64,000 nt of DNA from Eimeria praecox (taxonomy: Eukaryota): NCBI GenBank assembly GCA_963920595.1, contig OY986947.1:6386001-6450000 (forward strand), written 5' to 3'. Position 1 is the first letter of the stretch. Each line of letters begins with the position of its first letter. Of this stretch, positions 36,076 through 51,000 are shown piece after piece. Position numbers and translations under genes: made by a program. A model generated the notes under the pieces. It did not search any database. It saw only the letters and a program-made list of their open reading frames with translations, and was not told the origin of the DNA.

Positions 36076-39000
36076 GGTTTGCAATTGAACAGGCTTGTGT
36101 GCATCAGAAAGTGCGTTTGTCTCTTAGATTGGGGAGGATGCGTGGTGTGCTTATCGGCATTTGGGATGTTAGGCGTTTCGCAGGGATTAGTTTGTCAGGG
36201 ACTGTGTTGGGGTTGCGCGCTGTGAACAAGTTAAGCGACGGCGAGGGCTTGGTTGCTGGTTAGCTTCGTGGGCATTTGTGTGAGCCATTGGATTGGGGTG
36301 GTTTGTGGCCTATGGACCTGTTTCAGAGAGTAAGGATTCTTGGGTGGGTGGAGTGTGGCAGGTGAACGAGAATGTTCCTTTCGTTGTTTGCAAGGCGGGT
36401 CTGGATCTACGGTAGGGTAAGCATGGCCTGTTGAGGATGTTGACGGACGGCGGCTAGGAGGTGTTGGGCGCATGCGTTTCTATACAGCTGGCATGCAGCA
36501 CACTTTTGGCTGGTTCCGGATGTAATGTTATGCATTAGGAGAGGGATGCGGAGCACTCGAGAAGCAGTGTTCGTTTGTTCACTCTAGCTCGTGTTGAATC
36601 ATGATGGGCATGCAAGGTAGCTCGCCACCATGTCAATGCGTCAGAAAGTAGGCGTCGTGGCCAGCTTGCGCCCATATGCATTGCTGTATAAGTCAGCAGA
36701 TATGGTCGCAACTTGTTTGGTGTTTTCGGGAATGAGTATGAATGCGTTATAAGGTGGAAAAGGAGGTGAAGCGTCAGGAGCAGGATATCGATACCGTAGG
36801 GCCCGAAAGCTAGTTTCATTGTTGAGGGTTCCGGCTTGCACCTGTGTGGGTTTTGTGGCAGGTGGATTGTGTGCACGGGTAGCTGCTGCAGAGAGCATAT
36901 ATGGATGTTCCATGCCGCCGCGGAACAGAAAGTATGGAGAGGGTCGTGGGCATGCGATGGAACGGAGCGGTGTGTGTGACTGGGTGGCAAGAATCAGTAT
37001 TTTGTTTAGGCAGGGGGTGGTCAAATGAAGTGACTTAATTGTGGAAGACGGGGCGGGGGGGGTGGGGGGGAGGATTGGGACGTTGGCGGTGCATTTGGCA
37101 GCATTGGTTTGTTTCTTTAGTGTGGGGTATGGAGGTGTGAGCAAGGCGTGGGAGAAGGGAAGCATGGTGGTTCAATGCACCAGGAAGTATGTTTGGTTTT
37201 TCGTCTGCGTGGTTATTGGTAGGTGGGATGGTCAGGTATTTGAGTAGCGGGGCTTGAAGGAGGCGTGTTGTGGAGCACAATGTGTGTGTCTAATCAAGGG
37301 CTGCACCTGGTACCACCGAAAAAATGTTAGCTGGTGTTCTGTCGCTGAATTGTGATATATGATAGAGTCCCAGGAGAGGGTTTATTTGTGTGGCTTATGG
37401 AGGGGAGAGCTCGTACACTGTAGTCGTGAATGCGTTTAACATACCAGGAGGTACGGTCGACTTGCATTTGGCAAAAGAAGGAGTCGGGCGTTGACGCGGT
37501 GTAGACATTAGTGCATTTTACAGTTGGTCTGCAGGATTGCTGAAGTGTGGTTTGTATGTGAGTGCAGTGAGCGTCAGGGATGATGCGTGTGAGATGGAGG
37601 GTACATGTCGTGCAATGTAGTCGTGAATGGGCTTCACTTATCAGGAAGTGCGTAGCAGGTGGCGTGGTGAATGGTTGGAGGGCCTTGGTGGGCGTTATAG
37701 GGTAGTGGTGTTTCCAGTTAGGTTGCAAGGGCGGTGAAGGGTGGTTTGAATGGCAAAGGCGCCAGAGTGGCAATATTTTGAGGATGGGTTTTGGGGTGGG
37801 ATCTGCATAGCGTCGGGAGTGGATACCAGGACATTTGATGAGTGCTTGTGCTGCATGGGGTAGCGTTGGTGGGTCTGCGGCGGCGCTTTAGCGTAGGTGA
37901 CCTGAGTAGGAAGCGCCTGACAGTAGCCTCCAGCGTGTTTGCGTGTGTGTGTGTGGAGTATTCACTATTCACCAGGAGGTACGGCTTATACTGGGGTATA
38001 GCCCAAGCACGTGTTTAAAAGGGATAGTGGGCAGTTTGGGTTTTTGGGTGCACATGGAGTGGGCTGTGGCGCCACCCTAGGGCTCTCCGCTTCGCAAGAT
38101 GAGATTCCATTGTGTTGGGGATAAGCGTGCAGTTGGAGTGCGATGCAGGTTGCATTGTTGCAGCCCGAGAGGGAGGCATGAGTTGCAATTGAACAGGCTT
38201 GTGTGCATCAGAAAGTGCGTTTGTCTCTTAGATTGAGGAGGATGCGTGGTGTGCTTATCGGCATTTGGGATGTTAGGCGTTTCGCAGGGATGAGTTTGTC
38301 AGGGACTGTGTTGGGGTTGCGCGCTGTGAACAAGTTAAGCGACGGCGAGGGCTTGGTTGCTGGTTAGCTTCGTGGGCATTTGTGTGAGCCATTGGATTGG
38401 GGTGGTTTGTGGCCTATGGACCTGTTTCAGAAAGTATGGATTCTTGGGTGGGTGGAGTGTGGCAGGTGAACGAGAATGTTCCTTTCGTTGTTTGCAAGGC
38501 GGGTCTGGATCTACGGTAGGGTAAGCATGGCCTGTTGAGGATGTTGACGGACGGCGGCTAGGAGGTGTTGGGCGCATGCGTTTCTATACAGCTGGCATGC
38601 AGCACACTTTTGGCTGGTTCCGGATGTAATGTTATGCATTAGGGGAGGGATGGGGAGCACTCGAGAAGCAGTGTTCGTTTGTTCACTCGAGCTCGTGTTG
38701 AATCATGATGGGCATGCAAGGTAGCTCGCCACCATGTCAATGCGTCAGAAAGTAGGCGTCGTGGCCAGCTTGCGCCCATATGCACTGCTGTATAAGTCAG
38801 CAGATATGGTCGAAACTTGTTTCGTGTTTTCGGGAATGAGTATGAATGCGTTATAAGGTGGAAAAGGAGGTGAAGCGTCAGGAGCAGGATATCGATACCG
38901 TAGGGCCCGAAAGCTAGTTTCATTGTTGAGGGTTCCGGTTTGCACCTGTGTGGGTTTTGTGGCAGGTGGATTGTGTGCAGGGGTAGGTGCTGCAGAGAGC

Positions 39001-42000
39001 ATATATGGATGTTCCATGCCGCCGCGGAACAGAAAGTATGCAGAGGGTCGTGGGCATGCGATGGAACGGAGCGGTGTGTGTGACTGGGTGGCAAGAATCA
39101 GTATTTTGTTTAGGCAGGGGGTGGTCAAATGAAGTGACTTAATTGTGGAAGACGGGGCGGGGGGGGTGGGGGGGAGGATTGGGACGTTGGTAGTGCATTT
39201 GGCAGCATTGGTTTGTTTCTTTAGTGTGGGGTATGGAGGTGTGAGCAAGGCGTGGGAGAAGGGGAGCATGGTGGTTCAATGCACCAGGAAGTATGTTTGG
39301 TTTTTCGTCTGCGTGGTTATTGGTAGGTGGGATGGTCAGGTATTTGAGTAGCGGGGCTTGAAGGAGGCGTGTTGTGGAGCACAATGTGTGTGTCTAATCA
39401 AGGGCTGCACCTGGTACCACCGAAAAAATGTTAGCTGGTGTTCTGTCGCTGAATTGTGATATATGATAGAGTCCCAGGAGAGGGTTTATTTGTGTGGCTT
39501 ATGGAGGGGAGAGCTCGTACACTGTAGTCGTGAATGCGTTTAACATACCAGGAGGTACGGTCGACTTGCATTTGGCAAAAGAAGGAGTCGGGCGTTGACG
39601 CGGTGTAGACATTAGTGCATTTTACAGTTGGTTTGCAGGATTGCTGAAGTGTGGTTTGTATGTGAGTGCAGTGAGCGTCAGGGATGATGCGTGTGAGATG
39701 GAGGGTGCAGGTTGTGCAATGTAGTCGTGAATGGGCTTCACTTATCAGGAAGTGCGTAGCAGGTGGCGTGGTGAATGGTTGGAGGGCCTTGGTGGGCGTT
39801 ATAGGGTAGTGGTGTTTCCAGTTAGGTTGCAAGGGCGGTGAAGGGTGGTTTGAATGGCAAAGGCGCCAGAGTGGCAATATTTTGAGGATGGGTTTTGGGG
39901 TGGGATCTGCATAGCGTCGGGAGTGGATACCAGGACATTTGATGAGTGCTTGTGCTGCATGGGGTAGCGTTGGTGGGTCTGCGGCGGCGCTTTAGCGTAG
40001 GTGACCTGAGTAGGAAGCGCCTGACAGTAGCCTCCAGCGTGTTTGCGTGTGTGTGTGTGGAGTATTCACTATTCACCAGGAGGTACGGCTTATACTGGGG
40101 TATAGCCCAAGCACGTGTTTAAAAGGGATAGTGGGCAGTTTGGGTTTTTGGGTGCACATGGAGTGGGCTGTGGCGCCACCCTAGGGCTCTCCGCTTCGCA
40201 AGATGAGATTCCATTGTGTTGGGGATAAGCGTGCAGTTGGAGTGCGATGCAGGTTGCATTGTTGCAGCCCGAGAGGGAGGCATGAGTTGCAATTGAACAG
40301 GCTTGTGTGCATCAGAAAGTGCGTTTGTCTCTTAGGTTGGGGAGGATGCGTGGTGTGCTTATCGGCATTTGGGATGTTGGGCGTTTCGCAGGGATTAGTT
40401 TGTCAGGGACTGTGTTGGGGTTGCGCGCTGTGAACAAGTTAAGCGACGGCGAGGGCTTGGTTGCTGGTTAGCTTCGTGGGCATTTGTGTGAGCCATTGGA
40501 TTGGGGTGGTTTGTGGCCTATGGACCTGTTTCAGAGAGTAAGGATTCTTGGGTGGGTGGAGTGTGGCAGGTGAACGAGAATGTTCCTTTCGTTGTTTGCA
40601 AGGCGGGTCTGGATCTACGGTAGGGTAAGCATGGCCTGTTGAGGATGTTGACGGACGGCGGCTAGGAGGTGTTGGGCGCATGCGTTTCTATACAGCTGGC
40701 ATGCAGCACACTTTTGGCTGGTTCCGGATGTAATGTTATGCATTAGGAGAGGGATGCGGAGCACTCGAGAAGCAGTGTTCGTTTGTTCACTCGAGCTCGT
40801 GTTGAATCATGATGGGCATGCAAGGTAGCTCGCCACCATGTCAATGCGTCAGAAAGTAGGCGTCGTGGCCAGCTTGCGCCCATATGCACTGCTGTATAAG
40901 TCAGCAGATATGGTCGAAACTTGTTTCGTGTTTTCGGGAATGAGTATGAATGCGTTATAAGGTGGAAAAGGAGGTGAAGCGTCAGGAGCAGGATATCGAT
41001 ACCGTAGGGCCCGAAAGCTAGTTTCATTGTTGAGGGTTCCGGTTTGCACCTGTGTGGGTTTTGTGGCAGGTGGATTGTGTGCAGGGGTAGGTGCTGCAGA
41101 GAGCATATATGGATGTTCCATGCCGCCGCGGAACAGAAAGTATGGAGAGGGTCGTGGGCATGCGATGGAACGGAGCGGTGTGTGTGACTGGGTGGCAAGA
41201 ATCAGTATTTTGTTTAGGCAGGGGGTGGTCAAATGAAGTGACTTAATTGTGGAAGACGGGGCGGGGGGGGTGGGGGGGAGGATTGGGACGTTGGTAGTGC
41301 ATTTGGCAGCATTGGTTTGTTTCTTTAGTGTGGGGTATGGAGGTGTGAGCAAGGCGTGGGAGAAGGGGAGCATGGTGGTTCAATGCACCAGGAAGTATGT
41401 TTGGTTTTTCGTCTGCGTGGTTATTGGTAGGTGGGATGGTCAGGTATTTGAGTAGCGGGGCTTGAAGGAGGCGTGTTGTGGAGCACAATGTGTGTGTCTA
41501 ATCAAGGGCTGCACCTGGTACCACCGAAAAAATGTTAGCTGGTGTTCTGTCGCTGAATTGTGATATATGATAGAGTCCCAGGAGAGGGTTTATTTGTGTG
41601 GCTTATGGAGGGGAGAGCTCGTACACTGTAGTCGTGAATGCGTTTAACATACCAGGAGGTACGGTCGACTTGCATTTGGCAAAAGAAGGAGTCGGGCGTT
41701 GACGCGGTGTAGACATTAGTGCATTTTACAGTTGGTTTGCAGGATTACTGAAGTGTGGTTTGTATGTGAGTGCAGTGAGCGTCAGGGATGATGCGTGTGA
41801 GATGGAGGGTGCAGGTCGTGCAATGTAGTCGTGAATGGGCTTCACTTATCAGGAAGTGCGTAGCAGGTGGCGTGGTGAATGGTTGGAGGGCCTTGGTGGG
41901 CGTTATAGGGTAGTGGTGTTTCCAGTTAGGTTGCAAGGGCGGTGAAGGGTGGTTTGAATGGCAAAGGCGCCAGAGTGGCAATATTTTGAGGATGGGTTTT

Positions 42001-45000
42001 GGGGTGGGATCTGCATAGCGTCGGGAGTGGATACCAGGACATTTGATGAGTGCTTGTGCTGCATGGGGTAGCGTTGGTGGGTCTGCGGCGGCGCTTTAGC
42101 GTAGGTGACCTGAGTAAGAAGCGCCTGAGAGTAGCCTCCAACGTGTTTGCGTGTGTGTGTGTGGAGTATTCACTATTCACCAGGAGGTACGGTTTATATT
42201 GGGGTATAGCCCAAGCACGTGTTTAAAAGGGATAGTGGGCAGTTTGGGTTTTTGGGTGCACATGGAGTGGGCTGTGGCGCCACCCTAGGGCTCTCCGCTT
42301 CGCAAGATGAGATTCCATTGTGTTGGGGATAAGCGTGCAGTTGGAGTGCGATGCAGGTTGCATTGTTGCAGCCCGAGAGGGAGGCATGAGTTGCAATTGA
42401 ACAGGCTTGTGTGCATCAGAAAGTGCGTTTGTCTCTTAGGTTGGGGAGGATGCGTGGTGTGCTTATCGGCATTTGGGATGTTGGGCGTTTCGCAGGGATT
42501 AGTTTGTCAGGGACTGTGTTGGGGTTGCGCGCTGTGAACAAGTTAAGCGACGGCGAGGGCTTGGTTGCTGGTTAGCTTCGTGGGCATTTGTGTGAGCCAT
42601 TGGATTGGGGTGGTTTGTGGCCTATGGACCTGTTTCAGAGAGTAAGGATTCTTGGGTGGGTGGAGTGTGGCAGGTGAACGAGAATGTTCCTTTCGTTGTT
42701 TGCAAGGCGGGTCTGGATCTACGGTAGGGTAAGCATGGCCTGTTGAGGATGTTGACGGACGGCGGCTAGGAGGTGTTGGGCGCATGCGTTTCTATACAGC
42801 TGGCATGCAGCACACTTTTGGCTGGTTCCGGATGTAATGTTATGCATTAGGAGAGGGATGCGGAGCACTCGAGAAGCAGTGTTCGTTTGTTCACTCGCAT
42901 GCAAGGTAGCTCGCCACCATGTCAATGCGTCAGAAAGTAGGCGTCGTGGCCAGCTTGCGCCCATATGCACTGCTGTATAAGTCAGCAGATATGGTCGAAA
43001 CTTGTTTCGTGTTTTCGGGAATGAGTATGAATGCGTTATAAGGTGGAAAAGGAGGTGAAGCGTCAGGAGCAGGATATCGATACCGTAGGGCCCGAAAGCT
43101 AGTTTCATTGTTGAGGGTTCCGGTTTGCACCTGTGTGGGTTTTGTGGCAGGTGGATTGTGTGCAGGGGTAGGTGCTGCAGAGAGCATATATGGATGTTCC
43201 ATGCCGCCGCGGAACAGAAAGTATGCAGAGGGTCGTGGGCATGCGATGGAACGGAGCGGTGTGTGTGACTGGGTGGCAAGAATCAGTATTTTGTTTAGGC
43301 AGGGGGTGGTCAAATGAAGTGACTTAATTGTGGATGAGAGGGAGGGGGGGGTGGGGGGGAGGATTGGGACGTTTGTGGTGCATTTGGCAGATTGGTTTGT
43401 TTCTTTAGTGTGGGGTATGGAGGTGTGAGCAAGGCGTGGGAGAAGGGGAGCATGGTGGTTCAATGCACCAGGAAGTATGTTTGGTTTTTCGTCTGCGTGG
43501 TTATTGGTAGGTGGGGTGGTCAGGTATTTGAGTAGCGGGGCTTGAAGGAGGCGTGTTGTGGAGCACAATGTGTGTGTCTAATCAAGGACTGCACCTGGTA
43601 CCACCGAAAAAATGTTAGCTGGTGTTCTGTCGCTGAATTGTGATATATGATAGAGTCCCAGGAGAGGGTTTATTTGTGTGGCTTATGGAGGGGAGAGCTC
43701 GTACACTGTAGTCGTGAATGCGTTTAACATACCAGGAGGTACGGTCGACTTGCATTTGGCAAAAGAAGGAGTCGGGCGTTGACGCGGTGTAGACATTAGT
43801 GCATTTTACAGTTGGTCTGCAGGATTGCTGAAGTGTGGTTGTATGTGAGTGCAGTGAGCGTCAGGGATGATGCGTGTGAGATGGAGGGTACATGTCGTGC
43901 AATGTAGTCGTGAATGGGCTTCACTTATCAGGAAGTGCGTAGCAGGTGGCGTGGTGAATGGTTGGAGGGCCTTGGTGGGCGTTATAGGGTAGTGGTGTTT
44001 CCAGTTAGGTTGCAAGGGCGGTGAAGGGTGGTTTGAATGGCAAAGGCGCCAGAGTGGCAATATTTTGAGGATGGGTTTTGGGGTGGGATCTGCATAGCGT
44101 CGGGAGTGGATTCCAGGACATTTGATGAGTGCTTGTGCTGCATGGGGTAGCGTTGGTGGGTCTGCGGCGGCGCTTTAGCGTAGGTGACCTGAGTAGGAAG
44201 CGCCTGACAGTAGCCTCCAGCGTGTTTGCGTGTCTGTGTGTGGAGTATTCACTATTCACCAGGAGGTACGGTTTATATTGGGGTATAGCCCAAGCACGTG
44301 TTTATAAGGGATAGTGGGCAGTTTGGGTTTTTGGGTGCGCATGGAGTGGGTTGTGGCGCCACCCTAGGGCTCTCCGCTTCGCAAGATGAGATTCCATTGT
44401 GTTGGGGATAAGCGTGCAGTTGGAGTGCGATGCAGGTTGCATTGTTGCAGCCCGAGAGGGAGGCATGAGTTGCAATTGAACAAGCTTGTGTGCATCAGAA
44501 AGTGCGTTTGTCTCTTAGGTTGGGGAGGATGCGTGGTGTGCTTATCGGCATTTGGGATGTTGGGCGTTTCGCAGGGATTAGTTTGTCAGGGACTGTGTTG
44601 GGGTTGCGCGCTGTGAACAAGTTAAGCGACGGCGAGGGCTTGGTTGCTGGTTAGCTTCGTGGGCATTTGTGTGAGCCATTGGATTGGGGTGGTTTGTGGC
44701 CTATGGACCTGTTTCAGAAAGTAAGGATTCTTGGGTGGGTGGAGTGTGGCAGGTGAACGAGAATGTTCCTTTCGTTGTTTGCAAGGCGGGTCTGGATCTA
44801 TGGTAGGGTAAGCATGGCCTGTTGAGGATGTTGACGGACGGCGGCTAGGAGGTGTAGGGCGCATGCGTTTCTATACAGCTGGCATGCAGCACACTTTTGG
44901 CTGGTTCCGGATGTAATGTTATGCATTAGGGGAGGGATGGGGAGCACTCGAGAAGCAGTGTTCGTTTGTTCACTCTAGCTCGTGTTGAATCATGATGGGC

Positions 45001-48000
45001 ATGCAAGGTAGCTCGCCACCATGTCAATGCGTCAGAAAGTAGGCGTCGTGGCCAGCTTGCGCCCATATGCACTGCTGTATAAGTCAGCAGATATGGTCGA
45101 AACTTGTTTGGTGTTTTCGGGAATGAGTATGAATGCGTTATAAGGTGGAAAAGGAGGTGAAGCGTCAGGAGCAGGATATCGATACCGTAGGGCCCGAGTG
45201 CTAGTTTCATTGTTGAGGGTTCCGGTTTGCACCTGTGTGGGTTTTGTGGCAGGTGGATTGTGTGCACGGGTAGCTGCTGCAAAGAGCATATATGGATGTT
45301 CCATGCCGCCGCGGAACAGAAAGTATGGAGAGGGTCGTGGGCATGCGATGGAACGGAGCGGTGTGTGTGACTGGGTGGCAAGAATCAGTATTTTGTTTAG
45401 GCAGGGGGTGGTCAAATGAAGTGACTTAATTGTGGATGAGAGGGAGGGGGGGGTGGGGAAGAGGATTGGGACGTTTGTGGTGCATTTGGCAGCATTGGTT
45501 TGTTTCTTTAGTGTGGGGTATGGAGGTGTGAGCAAGGCGTGGGAGAAGGGGAGCATGGTGGTTCAATGCACCAGGAAGTATGTTTGGTTTTTCGTCTGCG
45601 TGGTTATTGGTAGGTGGGGTGGTCAGGTATTTGAGTAGCGGGGCTTGAAGGAGGCGTGCTGTGGAGCACAATGTGTGTGTCTAATCAAGGGCTGCACCTG
45701 GTACCACCGAAAAAATGTTAGCTGGTGTTTTGTCGCTGAATTGTGATATATGATTGAGTCCAAGGAGAGGGTTTATTTGTGTGGCTTATGGAGGGGAGAG
45801 CTCGTACACTGTAGTCGTGAATGCGTTTAACATACCAGGAGGTACGGTCGACTTGCATTTGGCAAAAGAAGGAGTCGGGCGTTGACGCGGTGTAGACATT
45901 AGTGCATTTTACAGTTGGTTTGCAGGATTGCTGAAGTGTGGTTTGTATATGAGTGCAGTGAGCGTCAGGGATGATGCGTGTGAGATGGAGGGTGCAGGTC
46001 GTGCAATGTAGTCGTGAATGGGCTTCACTTATCAGGAAGTGCGTAGCAGGTGGCGTGGCGAATGGTTGGAGGGCCTTGGTGGGCGTTATAGGGTAGTGGT
46101 GTTTCCAGTTAGGTTGCAAGGGCGGTGAAGGGTGGTTTGAATGGCAAAGGCGCCAGAGTGGCAATATTTTGAGGATGGGTTTTGGGGTGGGATCTGCATA
46201 GCGTCGGGAGTGGATACCAGGACATTTGATGAGTGCTTGTGCTGCATGGGGTAGCGTTGGTTTGTCTGCGGCGGCGCTTTAGCGTAGGTGACCTGAGTAG
46301 GAAGCGCCTGACAGTAGCCTCCAGCGTGTTTGCGTGTGTGTGTGTGGAGTATTCACTATTCACCAGGAGGTACGGCTTATACTGGGGTATAGCCCAAGCA
46401 CGTGTTTATAAGGGATAGTGGGCAGTTTGGGTTTTTGGGTGCACATGGAGTGGGCTGTGGCGCCACCCTAGGGCTCTCCGCTTCGCAAGATGAGATTCCA
46501 TTGTGTTGGGGATAAGCGTGCAGTTGGAGTGCGATGCAGGTTGCATTGTTGCAGCCCGAGAGGGAGGCATGAGTTGCAATTGAACAGGCTTGTGTGCATC
46601 AGAAAGTGCGTTTGTCCCTTAGATTGGGGAGGATGCGTGGTGTGCTTATCGGCATTTGGGATGTTGGGCGTTTCGCAGGGATTAGTTTGTCAGGGACTGT
46701 GTTGGGGTTGCGCGCTGTGAACAAGTTAAGCGACGGCGAGGGCTTGGTTGCTGGTTAGCTTCGTGGGCATTTGTGTGAGCCATTGGATTGGGGTGGTTTG
46801 TGGCCTATGGACCTGTTTCAGAGAGTAAGGATTCTTGGGTGGGTGGAGTGTGGCAGGTGAACGAGAATGTTCCTTTCGTTGTTTGCAAGGCGGGTCTGGA
46901 TCTACGGTAGGGTAAGCATGGCCTGTTGAGGATGTTGACGGACGGCGGCTAGGAGGTGTTGGGCGCATGCGTTTCTATACAGCTGGCATGCAGCACACTT
47001 TTGGCTGGTTCCGGATGTAATGTTATGCATTAGGGGAGGGATGGGGAGCACTCGAGAAGCAGTGTTCGTTTGTTCACTCGAGCTCGTGTTGAATCATGAT
47101 GGGCATGCAAGGTAGCTCGCCACCATGTCAATGCGTCAGAAAGTAGGCGTCGTGGCCAGCTTGCGCCCATATGCACTGCTGTATAAGTCAGCAGATATGG
47201 TCGAAACTTGTTTCGTGTTTTCGGGAATGAGTATGAATGCGTTATAAGGTGGAAAAGGAGGTGAAGCGTCAGGAGCAGGATATCGATACCGTAGGGCCCG
47301 AAAGCTAGTTTCATTGTTGAGGGTTCCGGTTTGCACCTGTGTGGGTTTTGTGGCAGGTGGATTGTGTGCAGGGGTAGGTGCTGCAGAGAGCATATATGGA
47401 TGTTCCATGCCGCCGCGGAACAGAAAGTATGGAGAGGGTCGTGGGCATGCGATGGAACGGAGCGGTGTGTGTGACTGGGTGGCAAGAATCAGTATTTTGT
47501 TTAGGCAGGGGGTGGTCAAATGAAGTGACTTAATTGTGGATGAGAGGGAGGGGGGGGTGGGGAAGAGGATTGGGACGTTTGTGGTGCATTTGGCAGATTG
47601 GTTTGTTTCTTTAGTGTGGGGTATGGAGGTGTGAGCAAGGCGTGGGAGAAGGGGAGCATGGTGGTTCAATGCACCAGGAAGTATGTTTGGTTTTTCGTCT
47701 GCGTGGTTATTGGTAGGTGGGGTGGTCAGGTATTTGAGTAGCGGGGCTTGAAGGAGGCGTGCTGTGGAGCACAATGTGTGTGTCTAATCAAGGGCTGCAC
47801 CTGGTACCACCGAAAAAATGTTAGCTGGTGTTTTGTCGCTGAATTGTGATATATGATTGAGTCCAAGGAGAGGGTTTATTTGTGTGGCTTATGGAGGGGA
47901 GAGCTCGTACACTGTAGTCGTGAATGCGTTTAACATACCAGGAGGTACGGTCGACTTGCATTTGGCAAAAGAAGGAGTCGGGCGTTGACGCGGTGTAGAC

Positions 48001-51000
48001 ATTAGTGCATTTTACAGTTGGTTTGCAGGATTGCTGAAGTGTGGTTTGTATATGAGTGCAGTGAGCGTCAGGGATGATGCGTGTGAGATGGAGGGTACAT
48101 GTCGTGCAATGTAGTCGTGAATGGGCTTCACTTATCAGGAAGTGCGTAGGAGGTGGCGTGGTGAATGGTTGGAGGGCCTTGGTGGGCGTTATAGGGTAGT
48201 GGTGTTTCCAGTTAGGTTGCAAGGGCGGTGAAGGGTGGTTTGAATGGCAAAGGCGCCAGAGTGGCAATATTTTGAGGATGGGTTTTGGGGTGGGATCTGC
48301 ATAGCGTCGGGAGTGGATACCAGGACATTTGATGAGTGCTTGTGCTGCATGGGGTAGCGTTGGTTTGTCTGCGGCGGCGCTTTAGCGTAGGTGACCTGAG
48401 TAGGAAGCGCCTGACAGTAGCCTCCAGCGTGTTTGCGTGTGTGTGTGTGGAGTATTCACTATTCACCAGGAGGTACGGCTTATACTGGGGTATAGCCCAA
48501 GCACGTGTTTATAAGGGATAGTGGGCAGTTTGGGTTTTTGGGTGCACATGGAGTGGGCTGTGGCGCCACCCTAGGGCTCTCCGCTTCGCAAGATGAGATT
48601 CCATTGTGTTGGGGATAAGCGTGCAGTTGGAGTGCGATGCAGGTTGCATTGTTGCAGCCCGAGAGGGAGGCATGAGTTGCAATTGAACAGGCTTGTGTGC
48701 ATCAGAAAGTGCGTTTGTCCCTTAGATTGGGGAGGATGCGTGGTGTGCTTATCGGCATTTGGGATGTTGGGCGTTTCGCAGGGATTAGTTTGTCAGGGAC
48801 TGTGTTGGGGTTGCGCGCTGTGAACAAGTTAAGCGACGGCGAGGGCTTGGTTGCTGGTTAGCTTCGTGGGCATTTGTGTGAGCCATTGGATTGGGGTGGT
48901 TTGTGGCCTATGGACCTGTTTCAGAGAGTAAGGATTCTTGGGTGGGTGGAGTGTGGCAGGTGAACGAGAATGTTCCTTTCGTTGTTTGCAAGGCGGGTCT
49001 GGATCTACGGTAGGGTAAGCATGGCCTGTTGAGGATGTTGACGGACGGCGGCTAGGAGGTGTTGGGCGCATGCGTTTCTATACAGCTGGCATGCAGCACA
49101 CTTTTGGCTGGTTCCGGATGTAATGTTATGCATTAGGGGAGGGATGGGGAGCACTCGAGAAGCAGTGTTCGTTTGTTCACTCGAGCTCGTGTTGAATCAT
49201 GATGGGCATGCAAGGTAGCTCGCCACCATGTCAATGCGTCAGAAAGTAGGCGTCGTGGCCAGCTTGCGCCCATATGCACTGCTGTATAAGTCAGCAGATA
49301 TGGTCGAAACTTGTTTCGTGTTTTCGGGAATGAGTATGAATGCGTTATAAGGTGGAAAAGGAGGTGAAGCGTCAGGAGCAGGATATCGATACCGTAGGGC
49401 CCGAAAGCTAGTTTCATTGTTGAGGGTTCCGGTTTGCACCTGTGTGGGTTTTGTGGCAGGTGGATTGTGTGCAGGGGTAGGTGCTGCAGAGAGCATATAT
49501 GGATGTTCCATGCCGCCGCGGAACAGAAAGTATGGAGAGGGTCGTGGGCATGCGATGGAACGGAGCGGTGTGTGTGACTGGGTGGCAAGAATCAGTATTT
49601 TGTTTAGGCAGGGGGTGGTCAAATGAAGTGACTTAATTGTGGATGAGAGGGAGGGGGGGGTGGGGAAGAGGATTGGGACGTTTGTGGTGCATTTGGCAGA
49701 TTGGTTTGTTTCTTTAGTGTGGGGTATGGAGGTGTGAGCAAGGCGTGGGAGAAGGGGAGCATGGTGGTTCAATGCACCAGGAAGTATGTTTGGTTTTTCG
49801 TCTGCGTGGTTATTGGTAGGTGGGGTGGTCAGGTATTTGAGTAGCGGGGCTTGAAGGAGGCGTGCTGTGGAGCACAATGTGTGTGTCTAATCAAGGGCTG
49901 CACCTGGTACCACCGAAAAAATGTTAGCTGGTGTTTTGTCGCTGAATTGTGATATATGATTGAGTCCAAGGAGAGGGTTTATTTGTGTGGCTTATGGAGG
50001 GGAGAGCTCGTACACTGTAGTCGTGAATGCGTTTAACATACCAGGAGGTACGGTCGACTTGCATTTGGCAAAAGAAGGAGTCGGGCGTTGACGCGGTGTA
50101 GACATTAGTGCATTTTACAGTTGGTTTGCAGGATTGCTGAAGTGTGGTTTGTATATGAGTGCAGTGAGCGTCAGGGATGATGCGTGTGAGATGGAGGGTA
50201 CATGTCGTGCAATGTAGTCGTGAATGGGCTTCACTTATCAGGAAGTGCGTAGGAGGTGGCGTGGTGAATGGTTGGAGGGCCTTGGTGGGCGTTATAGGGT
50301 AGTGGTGTTTCCAGTTAGGTTGCAAGGGCGGTGAAGGGTGGTTTGAATGGCAAAGGCGCCAGAGTGGCAATATTTTGAGGATGGGTTTTGGGGTGGGATC
50401 TGCATAGCGTCGGGAGTGGATACCAGGACATTTGATGAGTGGTTGTGCTGCATGGGGTAGCGTTGGTTTGTCTGCGGCGGCGCTTTAGCGTAGGTGACCT
50501 GAGTAGGAAGCGCCTGACAGTAGCCTCCAGCGTGTTTGCGTGTGTGTGTGTGGAGTATTCACTATTCACCAGGAGGTACGGCTTATACTGGGGTATAGCC
50601 CAAGCACGTGTTTATAAGGGATAGTGGGCAGTTTGGGTTTTTGGGTGCACATGGAGTGGGCTGTGGCGCCACCCTAGGGCTCTCCGCTTCGCAAGATGAG
50701 ATTCCATTGTGTTGGGGATAAGCGTGCAGTTGGAGTGCGATGCAGGTTGCATTGTTGCAGCCCGAGAGGGAGGCATGAGTTGCAATTGAACAGGCTTGTG
50801 TGCATCAGAAAGTGCGTTTGTCCCTTAGATTGGGGAGGATGCGTGGTGTGCTTATCGGCATTTGGGATGTTGGGCGTTTCGCAGGGATTAGTTTGTCAGG
50901 GACTGTGTTGGGGTTGAGCGCTGTGAACACGTTAAGCGACGGCGAGAGCTTGGTTGCTGGTTAGCTTCGTGGGCATTTGTGTGAGCCATTGGATTGGGGT

